Source: Spirochaetota bacterium
Lineage (GTDB): Bacteria; Spirochaetota; UBA4802; JAFGDQ01
Reading direction: 5' to 3'
NCBI GenBank assembly: GCA_043803405.1
Contig: JAZDKB010000048.1
Location: 1-64,000 of the forward strand
DNA length: 64,000 nucleotides
Shown here: positions 1 through 11,395 of the stretch, in pieces
Layout: every line of letters starts with the position of its first letter
Numbering within the stretch: the first letter of the stretch is position 1
Notes under the pieces: generated by a model
What the model was told of the DNA's origin: nothing
Database searches by the model: none
The model's input: the letters and a program-made list of their open reading frames with translations, nothing else
Made by a program: the position numbers and the translations under genes

Positions 1-125
1 AATAAATAAAAAATATTTATAAATAAAATAAAGTTAAATTGAAATGTTATTGACCAATAACAGCTGATTGCTTAGATGTCCGGGGAACTTCAGCAGTCTC
101 TTACAATAAATAAAGGAGTATATGT

Positions 126-725
126 ATGACAAAGATAAAAAGAGTAATCATAAGCGTATCCGATAAGTCCGGAGTTGCCGCATTCGCAAAAGAGCTTGAT
201 GCGTTCGGTGTTGAGTTTCTTTCTACGGGCGGGACAGCAAAAATGCTGCGTGAAGCCGGATTAAAAGTAAAAGATATTTCCGAATATACGGGATTCCCTG
301 AAATGCTTGACGGAAGGGTAAAGACGCTGCATCCGAAAGTCCATGGCGGATTGCTTGGCGTTCGCTCAAATCCGGAACATGTTAAAGTTATGAAACAGCA
401 TGAAATAGAAAATATAGACATGCTGGTTATTAACCTGTATCCCTTTAAACAAACAATATCAAAAAAGGGATGCACTTTTGAAGAAGCGATAGAAAATATC
501 GATATAGGCGGCCCTGCAATGCTGCGCTCGGGCGCAAAGAATTTTGAATCCGTAACCGTAATTATTGATCCGGCAGATTATAAAGTAGTTATAGATGAGA
601 TGAAAAAGAATAACGGCGAAGTTTCCAGAAACACGAATTTTAAACTGGCGGCAAAGGTTTTTAAAACTACGCATGAATATGACGGGATGATAAGCAATTA
701 CTTAAAAGAAAATTTGCCTGAATAA
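126..725 (+). CDS. purH: IMP cyclohydrolase (PurH N-terminal MGS-like domain only)
   Basis: [35 protein letters not shown] and ENIDIGGP motifs; stops at 199 aa with no AICAR transformylase domain; AAGGAG RBS. Confidence 0.9.
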   Translation: MTKIKRVIISVSDKSGVAAFAKELDAFGVEFLSTGGTAKMLREAGLKVKDISEYTGFPEMLDGRVKTLHPKVHGGLLGVRSNPEHVKVMKQHEIENIDMLVINLYPFKQTISKKGCTFEEAIENIDIGGPAMLRSGAKNFESVTVIIDPADYKVVIDEMKKNNGEVSRNTNFKLAAKVFKTTHEYDGMISNYLKENLPE

Positions 726-726
726 T

Positions 727-1254
727 TTATTTTTCTATACCTTCGCGGGCGTTTACACCCTGGGCATAGTAGTGCTTTATATCTGTCATTTCCGTGACAA
801 GGTCGCACAGACTTATTAAATGCTGAGGCGCATTTCTGCCTGTAAGGACAAGCTCCTTATTGGCAGGTTTTAATTCAATAAGCTTAATGATCTCATCCAG
901 TGTTATTATTTTAAAATACAGGGAAGTCACTATTTCATCAAGAATAATAATGTCAAATTGACTTTTTGAAAGAACTTCCTGGGCGCGCTTCATTCCGTTT
1001 CTGGCTAAAGAATAATGCTCTTCAAAATTATCATCATTCAGACTGCAGAATCTGGTGCTCCCGTATTGTTCGATTGTGATGTGGCCTTTAAGTTTGCTTA
1101 TTGCGTCCAGTTCGCTGTAATGCTGGCCTTTCATGAACTGAATTATTATGGACTTCAAACCTGCGCCGGAAGCCCTCAATGCCAGGCCAAGGGCTGCGGT
1201 TGTTTTTCCCTTGCCGTTGCCTGTATATAATTGCACATATCCTTTTTCTAGCAT
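727..1254 (-). CDS. cobO: cob(I)yrinic acid a,c-diamide / cob(I)alamin adenosyltransferase (CobO/BtuR)
   Basis: YTGNGKGKTTAALG P-loop, IQFMKG, LDEI, ELVLTGR, KHYY..G..AREGIE. Confidence 0.93.
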   Translation of the reverse strand: MLEKGYVQLYTGNGKGKTTAALGLALRASGAGLKSIIIQFMKGQHYSELDAISKLKGHITIEQYGSTRFCSLNDDNFEEHYSLARNGMKRAQEVLSKSQFDIIILDEIVTSLYFKIITLDEIIKLIELKPANKELVLTGRNAPQHLISLCDLVTEMTDIKHYYAQGVNAREGIEK

Positions 1255-1288
1255 AATGGAGTTTTCCCTGAATTTAATTTGTTATCTA

Positions 1289-1846
1289 TTATAGCTTAGT
1301 AAATTTTTTTATGCCCTCAATATAAAGATCATTTCCAATCGTATCATTGATTACAATCAATGGAAAGTTTTTTACTTCCAGCTTTAGAATGGCTTCCGGG
1401 CCAAGATCTTCATAAGCGGCTACTTCAGCTTTTATGATTGACTTCGCAATCAATGCTCCTGCTCCGCCTGTTGCGCCGAAATAAACAGCTTTAAATTTTT
1501 TAATAGCTTCGATAACCTGCTCAGATCTCTGTCCTTTGCCTATCATGCCTTTTAAACCAAGCTCAATAAGCCTGGGAGTAAAGGCATCCATTCTGTAACT
1601 GGTGGTCGGTCCGGCCGAGCCGATTGCCTGGCCTGGCTTCGGAGGAGTAGGGCCTGCATAATATATTACCTGGCCGCTGATATTAAACGGCAGATCCTTG
1701 CCTTGCATGGCCAGTTCGAATAAGCGTTTATGCGCTGTATCCCGTCCTGTATATATAACGCCGTTTAGTAATATCCTGTCTCCTACCCTGAGTTTTTCAG
1801 TTTCTGCAGAAGATAATGGCGTTTCAAGCGATATTGATTTTATCAT
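1289..1846 (-). CDS. Fe-S hydro-lyase (fumarate hydratase/tartrate dehydratase) beta subunit
   Basis: GRDTAHKR, YAGPTP, GPTTSYRM, MIGKG motifs; downstream of the alpha subunit. Confidence 0.92.
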   Translation of the reverse strand: MIKSISLETPLSSAETEKLRVGDRILLNGVIYTGRDTAHKRLFELAMQGKDLPFNISGQVIYYAGPTPPKPGQAIGSAGPTTSYRMDAFTPRLIELGLKGMIGKGQRSEQVIEAIKKFKAVYFGATGGAGALIAKSIIKAEVAAYEDLGPEAILKLEVKNFPLIVINDTIGNDLYIEGIKKFTKL

Positions 1847-1860
1847 GCTGAAATTTATTT

Positions 1861-2700
1861 TTATATTATAATTTCTTTATGCCTTGCCGAATGGCAGTTT
1901 ATATTGACTGCGACAGGCAGGCTTGCTATATGGCACGGTTCTGCAAGAATAAAAACATCAAGGCTTGTTGTGCTGCCGCCGTAACCCATTGGGCCTATGC
2001 CAAGTTTATTAATTGCCTTGAGAATTTCTATTTCTGTTTTTGCAAGTTCGGGATCCGGATTTCTGGTCCCGATTTTTCTAAATAATGCCTTCTTTGATAA
2101 TAATGCCGCGCGCTCAAATGTGCCGCCGATCCCTATTCCAATTATTGTTGGCGGGCAGGGATTTGCCCCGGCATTTTTTACCGATTCAACAACGAATTTT
2201 TTTATCCCTTCCATCCCTTCTGCCGGAGTCAACATGGAAATCCGGCTCATGTTTTCGCTTCCGCCGCCTTTAGGCATTATAATAATTTTAATTTTGTCTC
2301 CCGAAACCATATCAAAATGAATTATGGCAGGCGTATTATCCCCTGTGTTTTTTCTGGTAAATGGATGGCAGGCCGATTTTCTTAAATATCCGTCTTTGTA
2401 TCCCTGCCTTACGCCTTCGTTAATTGCATTTTTTAGATCGCCGCCAGTAATATGTACGTCCTGGCCTATCTCTATAAAAAAAACAGCAAGGCCGCAGTCC
2501 TGGCATAATGGCACCTGATCTTCTTTTGCTATGGATGCGTTATCGATTAACTCATCGAATACAGATCTGGCATTTGGCGATTCCTCTTTTTCCTTCGCAG
2601 ACTTAAAGGCCGACAAAACATCATTTTCCAGATTATAATTTGCGTCTATACACAGACTGCGTACTGCGGAAATTATTTTTTCAGTTGGAATTTCTCTCAT
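1861..2700 (-). CDS. Fe-S hydro-lyase (class I fumarate hydratase) alpha subunit
   Basis: PLCQDCG, KGGGSEN, NPCPP, GGTFE, CHIASLPVAVNINCHSAR. Confidence 0.92.
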   Translation of the reverse strand: MREIPTEKIISAVRSLCIDANYNLENDVLSAFKSAKEKEESPNARSVFDELIDNASIAKEDQVPLCQDCGLAVFFIEIGQDVHITGGDLKNAINEGVRQGYKDGYLRKSACHPFTRKNTGDNTPAIIHFDMVSGDKIKIIIMPKGGGSENMSRISMLTPAEGMEGIKKFVVESVKNAGANPCPPTIIGIGIGGTFERAALLSKKALFRKIGTRNPDPELAKTEIEILKAINKLGIGPMGYGGSTTSLDVFILAEPCHIASLPVAVNINCHSARHKEIII

Positions 2701-2730
2701 TAGATGAAAAGCCTTAAAATAAATATATTA

Positions 2731-3297
2731 TTATTGCTTCTTTCCTATTTCGAATGCAGTTCCGATAAATTCACCGATGCTGTGATACCTTCGCACAAGT
2801 GCGCTGAAAATAATAGGACGGGTTAATTCCATCCTTGTTTTATTATTATCTATAAGCTTATCTTCGTCAACTTTTACATCCAGGATCTGGCCGATAAACT
2901 GGGTATGCAGACCGATTTCGTAATGGTGTATTACCTTGCATTCAAGAATCATGGGAAATTCCGATACATAAGGAGCATCGACAAGATCGGATTTTACCGG
3001 AGTAAGATGTGCTTCCTTAAATTTATCCGCGTTTCTGCCCGACTCGATTCCAAAGTAATCCGCTTCTTTTACATATTTATCTGAAGGCACGCTTACTGTA
3101 TAGGCCATTCTTTGCATGATGTTCCCGTAAGTGTATGTAGCTTTGCGCAGAGAAATTGTTACGCATGGAGGTTCGGAACAGCATACGCCTCCCCACGCGA
3201 CTGTCATAACATTCGGTTTTCCGTTCTCATCATAACTTCCGATGCACCATACAGGCGAAGGGAAAACCAGCGTCTTGGCGCCCAACGATTTTTTCAT
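2731..3297 (-). CDS. flavin reductase family protein (flavoredoxin-like)
   Basis: PNVMTVAWGG, ADYFGIESGRNADKF, LECKV, GLHTQFIGQI. Confidence 0.85.
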   Translation of the reverse strand: MKKSLGAKTLVFPSPVWCIGSYDENGKPNVMTVAWGGVCCSEPPCVTISLRKATYTYGNIMQRMAYTVSVPSDKYVKEADYFGIESGRNADKFKEAHLTPVKSDLVDAPYVSEFPMILECKVIHHYEIGLHTQFIGQILDVKVDEDKLIDNNKTRMELTRPIIFSALVRRYHSIGEFIGTAFEIGKKQ

Positions 3298-3500
3298 TAT
3301 AATTATCCTGCTATTTAATATTTCTGTTTTGATGTTTATGCTGGAGAATAATAAAAGGTATAATTTTTATCGTCAATTATAAAATTGAATTCTTTGTTTT
3401 CCTGGAAATCTGGTGAGGATTCAACATTTAAAAAATAGTTGATATTATTCGTTATTTATAGGTATAGTTCATTATACTTTAAAAATGCAATATAAATTGA

Positions 3501-5271
<1,771 letters not shown>

Positions 5272-5272
5272 A

Positions 5273-5343
5273 AGTGCATCCCAAAATTTATTCAACACTA
5301 TATTGTGTATCGAGACAATAATATATAGGTTTTAGGATGTACT
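5273..5343. repeat. MITE-like element, TIR AGTGCATCCCAAAA / TTTTAGGATGTACT
   Basis: Imperfect 14-bp terminal inverted repeat; same ends as 21436-21627; internal TATCGAGACAATAA shared (reversed) with 27080-27122. Confidence 0.7.
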
Positions 5344-5393
5344 CTAAATAATAATATATTGACATACAGTCCCCGTTTTTCTACATCACTCCT

Positions 5394-7265
5394 ATGTTAA
5401 GCATTGAAAATCTGACAAAAAGTTTTGGTGCACAAACGCTTTTCGATAACATCAGCTTTAAGATAAACGCGCGCGAGCGGGTCGGGCTTGTGGGACGCAA
5501 CGGGCATGGAAAGACCACACTGTTCCGTCTTATAACCGGCGATGAGCACCCGGATAGCGGCTCGGTTATTATTCCAAAGCATTACAGGATAGGATACGTT
5601 AAGCAGGATATCGCTTTTACTGAGAGCACGGTTCTGAAAGAATGCGTGCTGGGGCTGCACCAGGATGAAAGGGATCATCACTGGAAGGCGGAAAAGATCC
5701 TCGCCGGCCTCGGATTTTCCGAGGCCGATTTTGAGAGGCGTCCTGAGGAGTTTTCCGGCGGGTACCAGGTGCGCCTTAATCTTGCAAAGGTTATAGTCTC
5801 TGAGCCTAACATGCTTCTTCTGGACGAGCCTACAAACTATCTCGATATCATGTCAATACGATGGATTGAACGCTTTCTGCTGAACTGGCCGGGCGAGCTT
5901 TTACTAATATCGCACGACAGAAGCTTTATGGATAAGCTTGTCACTCACATCGTAGGGATTCACCGCAAAAAGACCAGGAAGATACCCGGAAATACCGAGA
6001 AATTTTACGACCAGATCGCCCGCGATGAGGAAATTTACGAGAATACGCGCGTAAACGATGAAAGAAAAAGAAAGGATATTGAGGTGTTTGTAACCCGTTT
6101 CCGGGCAAAGGCCAGGCTTGCAGGGCTGGTACAGTCAAGGGTAAAGGCGCTTGAAAAAAAGGAGAAACAGGACAAGCTTGAAAAAATAAAAGATCTGGAC
6201 TTTTATTTTAACTATTCTCCATTCAATGCAAAGCAGATAATGACGGTCGAAGACGTTTCATTTTCCTATGATGCGGAAAATAAACTGATAGAGAATTTTA
6301 GTATTAATATAGGGTCGCGCGACCGGATTTGCGTTGTTGGGAAGAACGGCAAGGGCAAAACAACGCTTCTTAAGCTCCTCACAGGCAAACTAAAACTTGC
6401 CGGCGGCAGCATTATCACTCATCCGAATGCAAAGATAGGATTTTTTGAACAGACAAATGTGCAAACGCTTGCAGACAGGAAGACTGTGGAAGAAGAAATC
6501 CTGAGCGCGAACGCGAACACCGACAGGCAGCAGGCGCGCAACATTTGCGGGGCAATGATGTTCGAGGGAGATGATGCGTTAAAAAAGATCGAGGTGCTTT
6601 CCGGCGGGGAAAAGAGCAGGGTCGCGCTTGGGAAAATCCTTATATCGCCGATAAACCTTCTGCTGCTCGATGAGCCGACAAATCATCTGGATATGGAGTC
6701 GTGCGATGCCATGCTTGCTGCAATAGACAACTTTGACGGCGCGGTTGTTATTGTTACTCACAACGAAATGTTTCTGCACGCGCTTGCTGAAAGGCTCATA
6801 GTGTTCCAGAACGGCATTACGGTCTTTGAGGGAAGCTATCAGACATTTCTGGAAAGAAAAGGCTGGGAGGATGAACAGGACGCTGGCGCTGAGCAGCCGG
6901 GGGCAGTGGAACCGGAGAACGGGAGCGCAGGGAAGCTCAGCAGGAAAGATGCACGGCGCATTCGCTCAGAGATAATTACAGAAAGATCCAGAACACTGAA
7001 ACCTATTGAGGAACGCATTGACAGGCTGGAAAAGGATATAGAAGAGAATGAGTTTGAGCTAAGCAGGCTGAACCAGGAAATAATTGACGCATCCCAGAAA
7101 CAGGACGGGAAAAAGATAAGCCTGCTTTCGCAGTCTATACATTCATGCAAAACAGTTATTAATGATTTATTTGATGAGCTGGAAATAATGACAGTGGAAC
7201 AGGAAGAGAAAAAAAATTTTTTTGATAAAAAGCTGGAAATGCTCGAAAGCAGACTGGTTGATTAA
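5394..7265 (+). CDS. ABC-F family ATPase
   Basis: Two ABC domains (GRNGHGKTT, GKNGKGKTT; DEPTNYLD, DEPTNHLD), no TM segments, C-terminal coiled coil. Confidence 0.92.
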   Translation: MLSIENLTKSFGAQTLFDNISFKINARERVGLVGRNGHGKTTLFRLITGDEHPDSGSVIIPKHYRIGYVKQDIAFTESTVLKECVLGLHQDERDHHWKAEKILAGLGFSEADFERRPEEFSGGYQVRLNLAKVIVSEPNMLLLDEPTNYLDIMSIRWIERFLLNWPGELLLISHDRSFMDKLVTHIVGIHRKKTRKIPGNTEKFYDQIARDEEIYENTRVNDERKRKDIEVFVTRFRAKARLAGLVQSRVKALEKKEKQDKLEKIKDLDFYFNYSPFNAKQIMTVEDVSFSYDAENKLIENFSINIGSRDRICVVGKNGKGKTTLLKLLTGKLKLAGGSIITHPNAKIGFFEQTNVQTLADRKTVEEEILSANANTDRQQARNICGAMMFEGDDALKKIEVLSGGEKSRVALGKILISPINLLLLDEPTNHLDMESCDAMLAAIDNFDGAVVIVTHNEMFLHALAERLIVFQNGITVFEGSYQTFLERKGWEDEQDAGAEQPGAVEPENGSAGKLSRKDARRIRSEIITERSRTLKPIEERIDRLEKDIEENEFELSRLNQEIIDASQKQDGKKISLLSQSIHSCKTVINDLFDELEIMTVEQEEKKNFFDKKLEMLESRLVD

Positions 7266-7320
7266 GAGCCTGTATTAAAATCTCCGTTACGGTATGATTT
7301 TTATTTTTAAAAGGGGCAGG

Positions 7321-7408
7321 GACATATCATTAATTATTTTAATTTTCTGCGGAACTCGGCCTTCGGCCTCAGACAGTCCTCGAAAATTAAAATAATTAAT
7401 GATATGTC
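7321..7408. repeat. 27-bp perfect inverted repeat around a conserved GGCCTTCGGCC core (copy 1)
   Basis: GACATATCATTAATTATTTTAATTTTC ... GAAAATTAAAATAATTAATGATATGTC; second copy at 21496-21583. Confidence 0.9.
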
Positions 7409-7465
7409 TAAAGATCGCTTGTTGTTTCTTTAGCGATATTAGCATGCGAAATTCGGATGAATTTA

Positions 7466-8611
7466 TTAAAATTCTTCGTTTAAGGTCTTCAGATAATTTA
7501 AAAAGTATGAAGAAATATAATCCTGCAGGTTTAAAAACGTACGCAGATTCATTGCTACAATTTTGATAAGCATTCTATCATTCAGCATCTTTTCATTATC
7601 CGGAATGAATTCTTTTTTATTAAACCCGATAATTAAAACATTACTTAGCTTGTAATAAATAAAGTTATTAATAGGACTATTAACGAATGCTGTTATTTTA
7701 TCATCGAATAAATATTTCCTGGTAAATTCTTCACTGGAGGCATATCCGGAAATATCGGCCAGAATAAAAGAATTATTATTTAATTCAGTTGAAACCATAG
7801 CTGAATTCGTTATTATAAATGAATCCGATTTTTCGATTTTATCTTCATTAAACGTAAGCACCATTCCTCTTTCCTGTTCGTCTTTATTTTGCATTGAGAT
7901 GAATACAGCATTATATCCGATAGAAAATATAAACTCTGCAATCTTAAGAAAGATTTCGTCTTTAACGTAATTTTCGAGCATGATTGGAAGCGATGTCATG
8001 ATGTCATCGCTGAAAGCAAGCATATCCGACATTCGCTTGCTTTGATTTTTAAGCTCTGTGATATTGTTAAACCATATTAAGTATTCCTTGTTGAATCTTG
8101 TAAATTTTGAAAAGATGCATTTGATTTTTATTTCGTACCAGCTGCTGAACAGTTCGGAAAAAACCTCAACCTGTCTTGTCTGCTGATTGCCCATATCATC
8201 ATCAAAGAAACTGTTCGATAAATACTCAAAGCCATCCTTTCCTATTATCATTGATATGTTTGCAATATTATGCTCTTTAAATTTCTGCAGCGTTAATCCT
8301 GTTGATAAAATAATATCCCCGTTTTCTTTCATTATAAAAACCGGATCTTCCCATTCAGAAGGCAGTTGCAGCAGCCTTTCCATGTGCCTGTTCTTGTATT
8401 TTATCATAGATTTAGATATTGCCTGAACTATTATGGGGATGATGTATGGGGCAGGTTTTCCGGGGATGTTTTGTCCCATTAAGTAATTCACGATAAGTCC
8501 TATTATAATCGCGTTCACGTAGTTTAAAAATGCAAGATATTCGAGCAGAAAAAATTTAAAGTAAACGAGCGAATTGTTAAGGAATGTTTTGGCAGTGCGC
8601 GATTTTAGCAT
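7466..8611 (-). CDS. hypothetical membrane protein with possible PAS-like and GAF-like regions
   Basis: 381-aa ORF; N-terminal hydrophobic helices; DPVFIMKENGDII...WYEIKI...LIWFNNITELK resembles PAS. Confidence 0.55.
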   Translation of the reverse strand: MLKSRTAKTFLNNSLVYFKFFLLEYLAFLNYVNAIIIGLIVNYLMGQNIPGKPAPYIIPIIVQAISKSMIKYKNRHMERLLQLPSEWEDPVFIMKENGDIILSTGLTLQKFKEHNIANISMIIGKDGFEYLSNSFFDDDMGNQQTRQVEVFSELFSSWYEIKIKCIFSKFTRFNKEYLIWFNNITELKNQSKRMSDMLAFSDDIMTSLPIMLENYVKDEIFLKIAEFIFSIGYNAVFISMQNKDEQERGMVLTFNEDKIEKSDSFIITNSAMVSTELNNNSFILADISGYASSEEFTRKYLFDDKITAFVNSPINNFIYYKLSNVLIIGFNKKEFIPDNEKMLNDRMLIKIVAMNLRTFLNLQDYISSYFLNYLKTLNEEF

Positions 8612-8713
8612 TATTGTATGCTCATTGCAGATATATTTTATTTGCCGTGCCCGGAAGCCGGCCTGTTAATTATAGCAACAGTTTGATTAAACAGCAAATA
8701 AAATTTAGGAAAG

Positions 8714-10528
8714 TTAACTGGCCAGCTTTTTCGACGCTTTTTTCCGGTCTATGCGGTCAAGCATCTTCTTCCTCATTCTGATGTTTTTGGGGGTTACTTC
8801 AAGCAGTTCATCATAGTCTATATATTCCAGCGCCTGCTCAAGGCTGAATTTACGCGGCGGAATCAGTTTGATGTTTTCATCCGAGCCTGCTGCGCGCATG
8901 TTTGTGAGCTTTTTGCCTTTGCACACATTTACTTCAAGATCGTTTTCCCTGCTGTGCTCGCCGATTATCATGCCTGCGTAAACAGCAACGCCCGGATCTA
9001 TGAATAGTACGCCTCTCTCCTGAAGGTTGTCGAGAGCGTACGACAGCGCTGTGCCGGATTCCATTGCGATAAGGACGCCTCTTGTCCGGGAGGGTATCGG
9101 GCCTTTGTATGGTTCATAATCGAAGAAACTATGATTTACGATGCCGGTTCCCCGTGTTTCGGTTAACAGCTCGTTCCTGAACCCGATAAGTCCCCTTGCC
9201 GGGGTTTTAAATTCCAGCCTTGTGTAGCCGTCCTCACCCTGGCTCATGTTTATCATTTCGCCTCTTCTCGCGCCCAGTTTTTCTATAACTACTCCGACGT
9301 ATTCATCGGCCACGTCTATAATAACAAGTTCAATCGGTTCGGTTTTTTTACCGTTCTGTTCTTTATAAATTACTTCAGGTTTCGATACCTGAAATTCGTA
9401 TCCTTCTCTTCTCATGTTCTCGATAAGTATTGAAAGCTGAAGCTCGCCCCTGCCTTTAACAACAAAAGCATCCTGAAGGTCCGTTCTTTCAACAGCAATG
9501 CTCACGTTCGTCTGCAGTTCTTTCTGAAGCCTTTTCCAGATGTTAGTTGAGGTGACGTATCTTCCTTCCTTTCCGCAGAACGGGGAGTTGTTTGCCATAA
9601 AGGTCATTGACAGGGTAGGAGCGTCTATATTAATCGACGGGAGCGCAACGGGATTTTCTTTGTCCGCTACTGTTTCGCCGACATCTATATCTTCCATACC
9701 TGCCAGCAGAACAATATCCCCCGCGAAAGCTTCTTTTACTTCGACTTTTGTAAGTCCCTCAAAAGACAGAATTTTATTTATTCTGTATGGATTGATTGCA
9801 CCATCTCTTTTAAGGAGAACAACATCATCGCCCTGCCTTACTATTCCGTTATGAATTTTTCCGATTCCCATTTTTCCGAGATAATTATCGTAAAGTATTG
9901 CGGATGTTAAAAACTGAAATGGCAAATCAATGTTGCCCTCAGCATCTTTTGCATATTTAATAATAGTATCGAATAAAGGCTTTATGTTAATGTTCGGATC
10001 ATTTAATTCCAATTTCGCATATCCGTCTCTTGCGGATGCATATACTACAGGGAAATCCAGCTGGTGATCGGTCGCATTCAGCTGCATGAAGAGATCGAAA
10101 ACCATATCAAGGACTTCGTGAGGCCTGCAGTTGTGCCTGTCTATTTTATTGATAACGACAATCGGTTTGTGCCCCAGCTCCAGAGATTTTTTAAGCACGT
10201 ATTTTGTCTGCGGCATTGTACCTTCAAAGGCGTCCACAAGCAGAAGCACGGAGTCGACCATTCTAAGTATACGCTGCACTTCTCCGCCGAAATCCGCGTG
10301 ACCGGGCGTGTCGACAATGTTGATCTTGTAGTCCTGGTAGAACAGCGATGCGTTCTTGGAAAATATCGTGATGCCTCTTTCCTTTTCCAGGTCGTTGGAG
10401 TCCATTACTCTTTCTTCGACTTTTTGATTGTCACGGAATACGCCTGCGAATTTCAGCATTGCGTCAACAAGAGTTGTTTTCCCGTGGTCGACATGGGCAA
10501 TGATCGCTATGTTTTTAGTCTTCTGCAT
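8714..10528 (-). CDS. typA: translational GTPase TypA/BipA
   Basis: [49 protein letters not shown]; start moved to MQKTKNIA. Confidence 0.97.
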   Translation of the reverse strand: MQKTKNIAIIAHVDHGKTTLVDAMLKFAGVFRDNQKVEERVMDSNDLEKERGITIFSKNASLFYQDYKINIVDTPGHADFGGEVQRILRMVDSVLLLVDAFEGTMPQTKYVLKKSLELGHKPIVVINKIDRHNCRPHEVLDMVFDLFMQLNATDHQLDFPVVYASARDGYAKLELNDPNINIKPLFDTIIKYAKDAEGNIDLPFQFLTSAILYDNYLGKMGIGKIHNGIVRQGDDVVLLKRDGAINPYRINKILSFEGLTKVEVKEAFAGDIVLLAGMEDIDVGETVADKENPVALPSINIDAPTLSMTFMANNSPFCGKEGRYVTSTNIWKRLQKELQTNVSIAVERTDLQDAFVVKGRGELQLSILIENMRREGYEFQVSKPEVIYKEQNGKKTEPIELVIIDVADEYVGVVIEKLGARRGEMINMSQGEDGYTRLEFKTPARGLIGFRNELLTETRGTGIVNHSFFDYEPYKGPIPSRTRGVLIAMESGTALSYALDNLQERGVLFIDPGVAVYAGMIIGEHSRENDLEVNVCKGKKLTNMRAAGSDENIKLIPPRKFSLEQALEYIDYDELLEVTPKNIRMRKKMLDRIDRKKASKKLAS

Positions 10529-10708
10529 ATATAAAATAAATCTCCCAGTTAAAATTAAGCAAACATGGATAATAGCATGTTTTTTTACCAGCACTTTTTA
10601 ATTTAAAAGCGATTTATACAATATATATTATATATTTTCAAATTGTTTTGCAACAAGGTATATTGACAATTGATTCAAATTTCTAAATAATATATAGTAT
10701 GAATTGAA

Positions 10709-10786
10709 AGGCGTCCTCTAAATTTTGTAATGTATTTCAGTTTAAAGTCGGCAATATGTATAAAATCACATTTTTAAGATGAGTAC
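10709..10786. repeat. degenerate copy of the 42949-43019 element
   Basis: AAGTCGGCAATATGTATAAAATCACATTTTTAAGATGAGT aligns with AAGTCAGCTCTATGTATAAAATTATATTCTTGAGATGACT. Confidence 0.55.
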
Positions 10787-10881
10787 TATTTATTATTGAC
10801 AATATTTCGTTTCCGGATTTGGTTATTAAACAGAAGCGGGCTATTTGCCCGGTTTAAAATTACTAAGCGGAATATTTTATC

Positions 10882-11187
10882 TTGCTGAACAAATTTAATA
10901 AATCATTAATCCGGCGCATATTTCTTCTGCTGATATGTTCGCCGCTTTTGGCTGCAATATTATTTGCGCCTCTTCATTATCATCACGATAATAAAACTCA
11001 CAGCGACTGTCATGTTTGCCTCTTTGCGTTTAATCAGTCATGTAATGATAGTTTTTCTGATAATGTTTTACCTTCTCCTCCAAGAATATATTCACTTCTT
11101 TTTAAACATGAAGATGATCTCATCTTGATATGGCAAAATTTTTTTTACCAGGCTAAAGCTCCACCGTTTATTCTCTCTGTCTTTTGA
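10882..11187 (+). CDS. DUF2946-like leader protein (signal/TM, His-rich CxxC, C-terminal KAPP)
   Basis: N-terminal hydrophobic segment, HYHHDNKTHSDCHVC, C-terminal QAKAPP; lies upstream of a metal-uptake operon. Confidence 0.7.
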   Translation: MLNKFNKSLIRRIFLLLICSPLLAAILFAPLHYHHDNKTHSDCHVCLFAFNQSCNDSFSDNVLPSPPRIYSLLFKHEDDLILIWQNFFYQAKAPPFILSVF

Positions 11188-11395
11188 TATTTTAAACCAA
11201 GTTTTACTTTTATACATTTGCACATCGCAGAAAGAAGTCATCAATAAGTATAATTATAAGCATTTCATCATGTTCTACGTGGAATATTTCATGATTTGTG
11301 CAGTATTCCATATAGGCGGCAAGCTGTAATTAACGGAAACTACAATCAACGCGATGTGTAATTCAGATAAAATTTTATATTATGGAGAGATACTA

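Noticed and set aside
50..125. ZTP (pfl) riboswitch upstream of purH
   Set aside because: Only a CCGGGGA fragment resembles it; the GACTGGCG and CGCCTGGGC elements are absent
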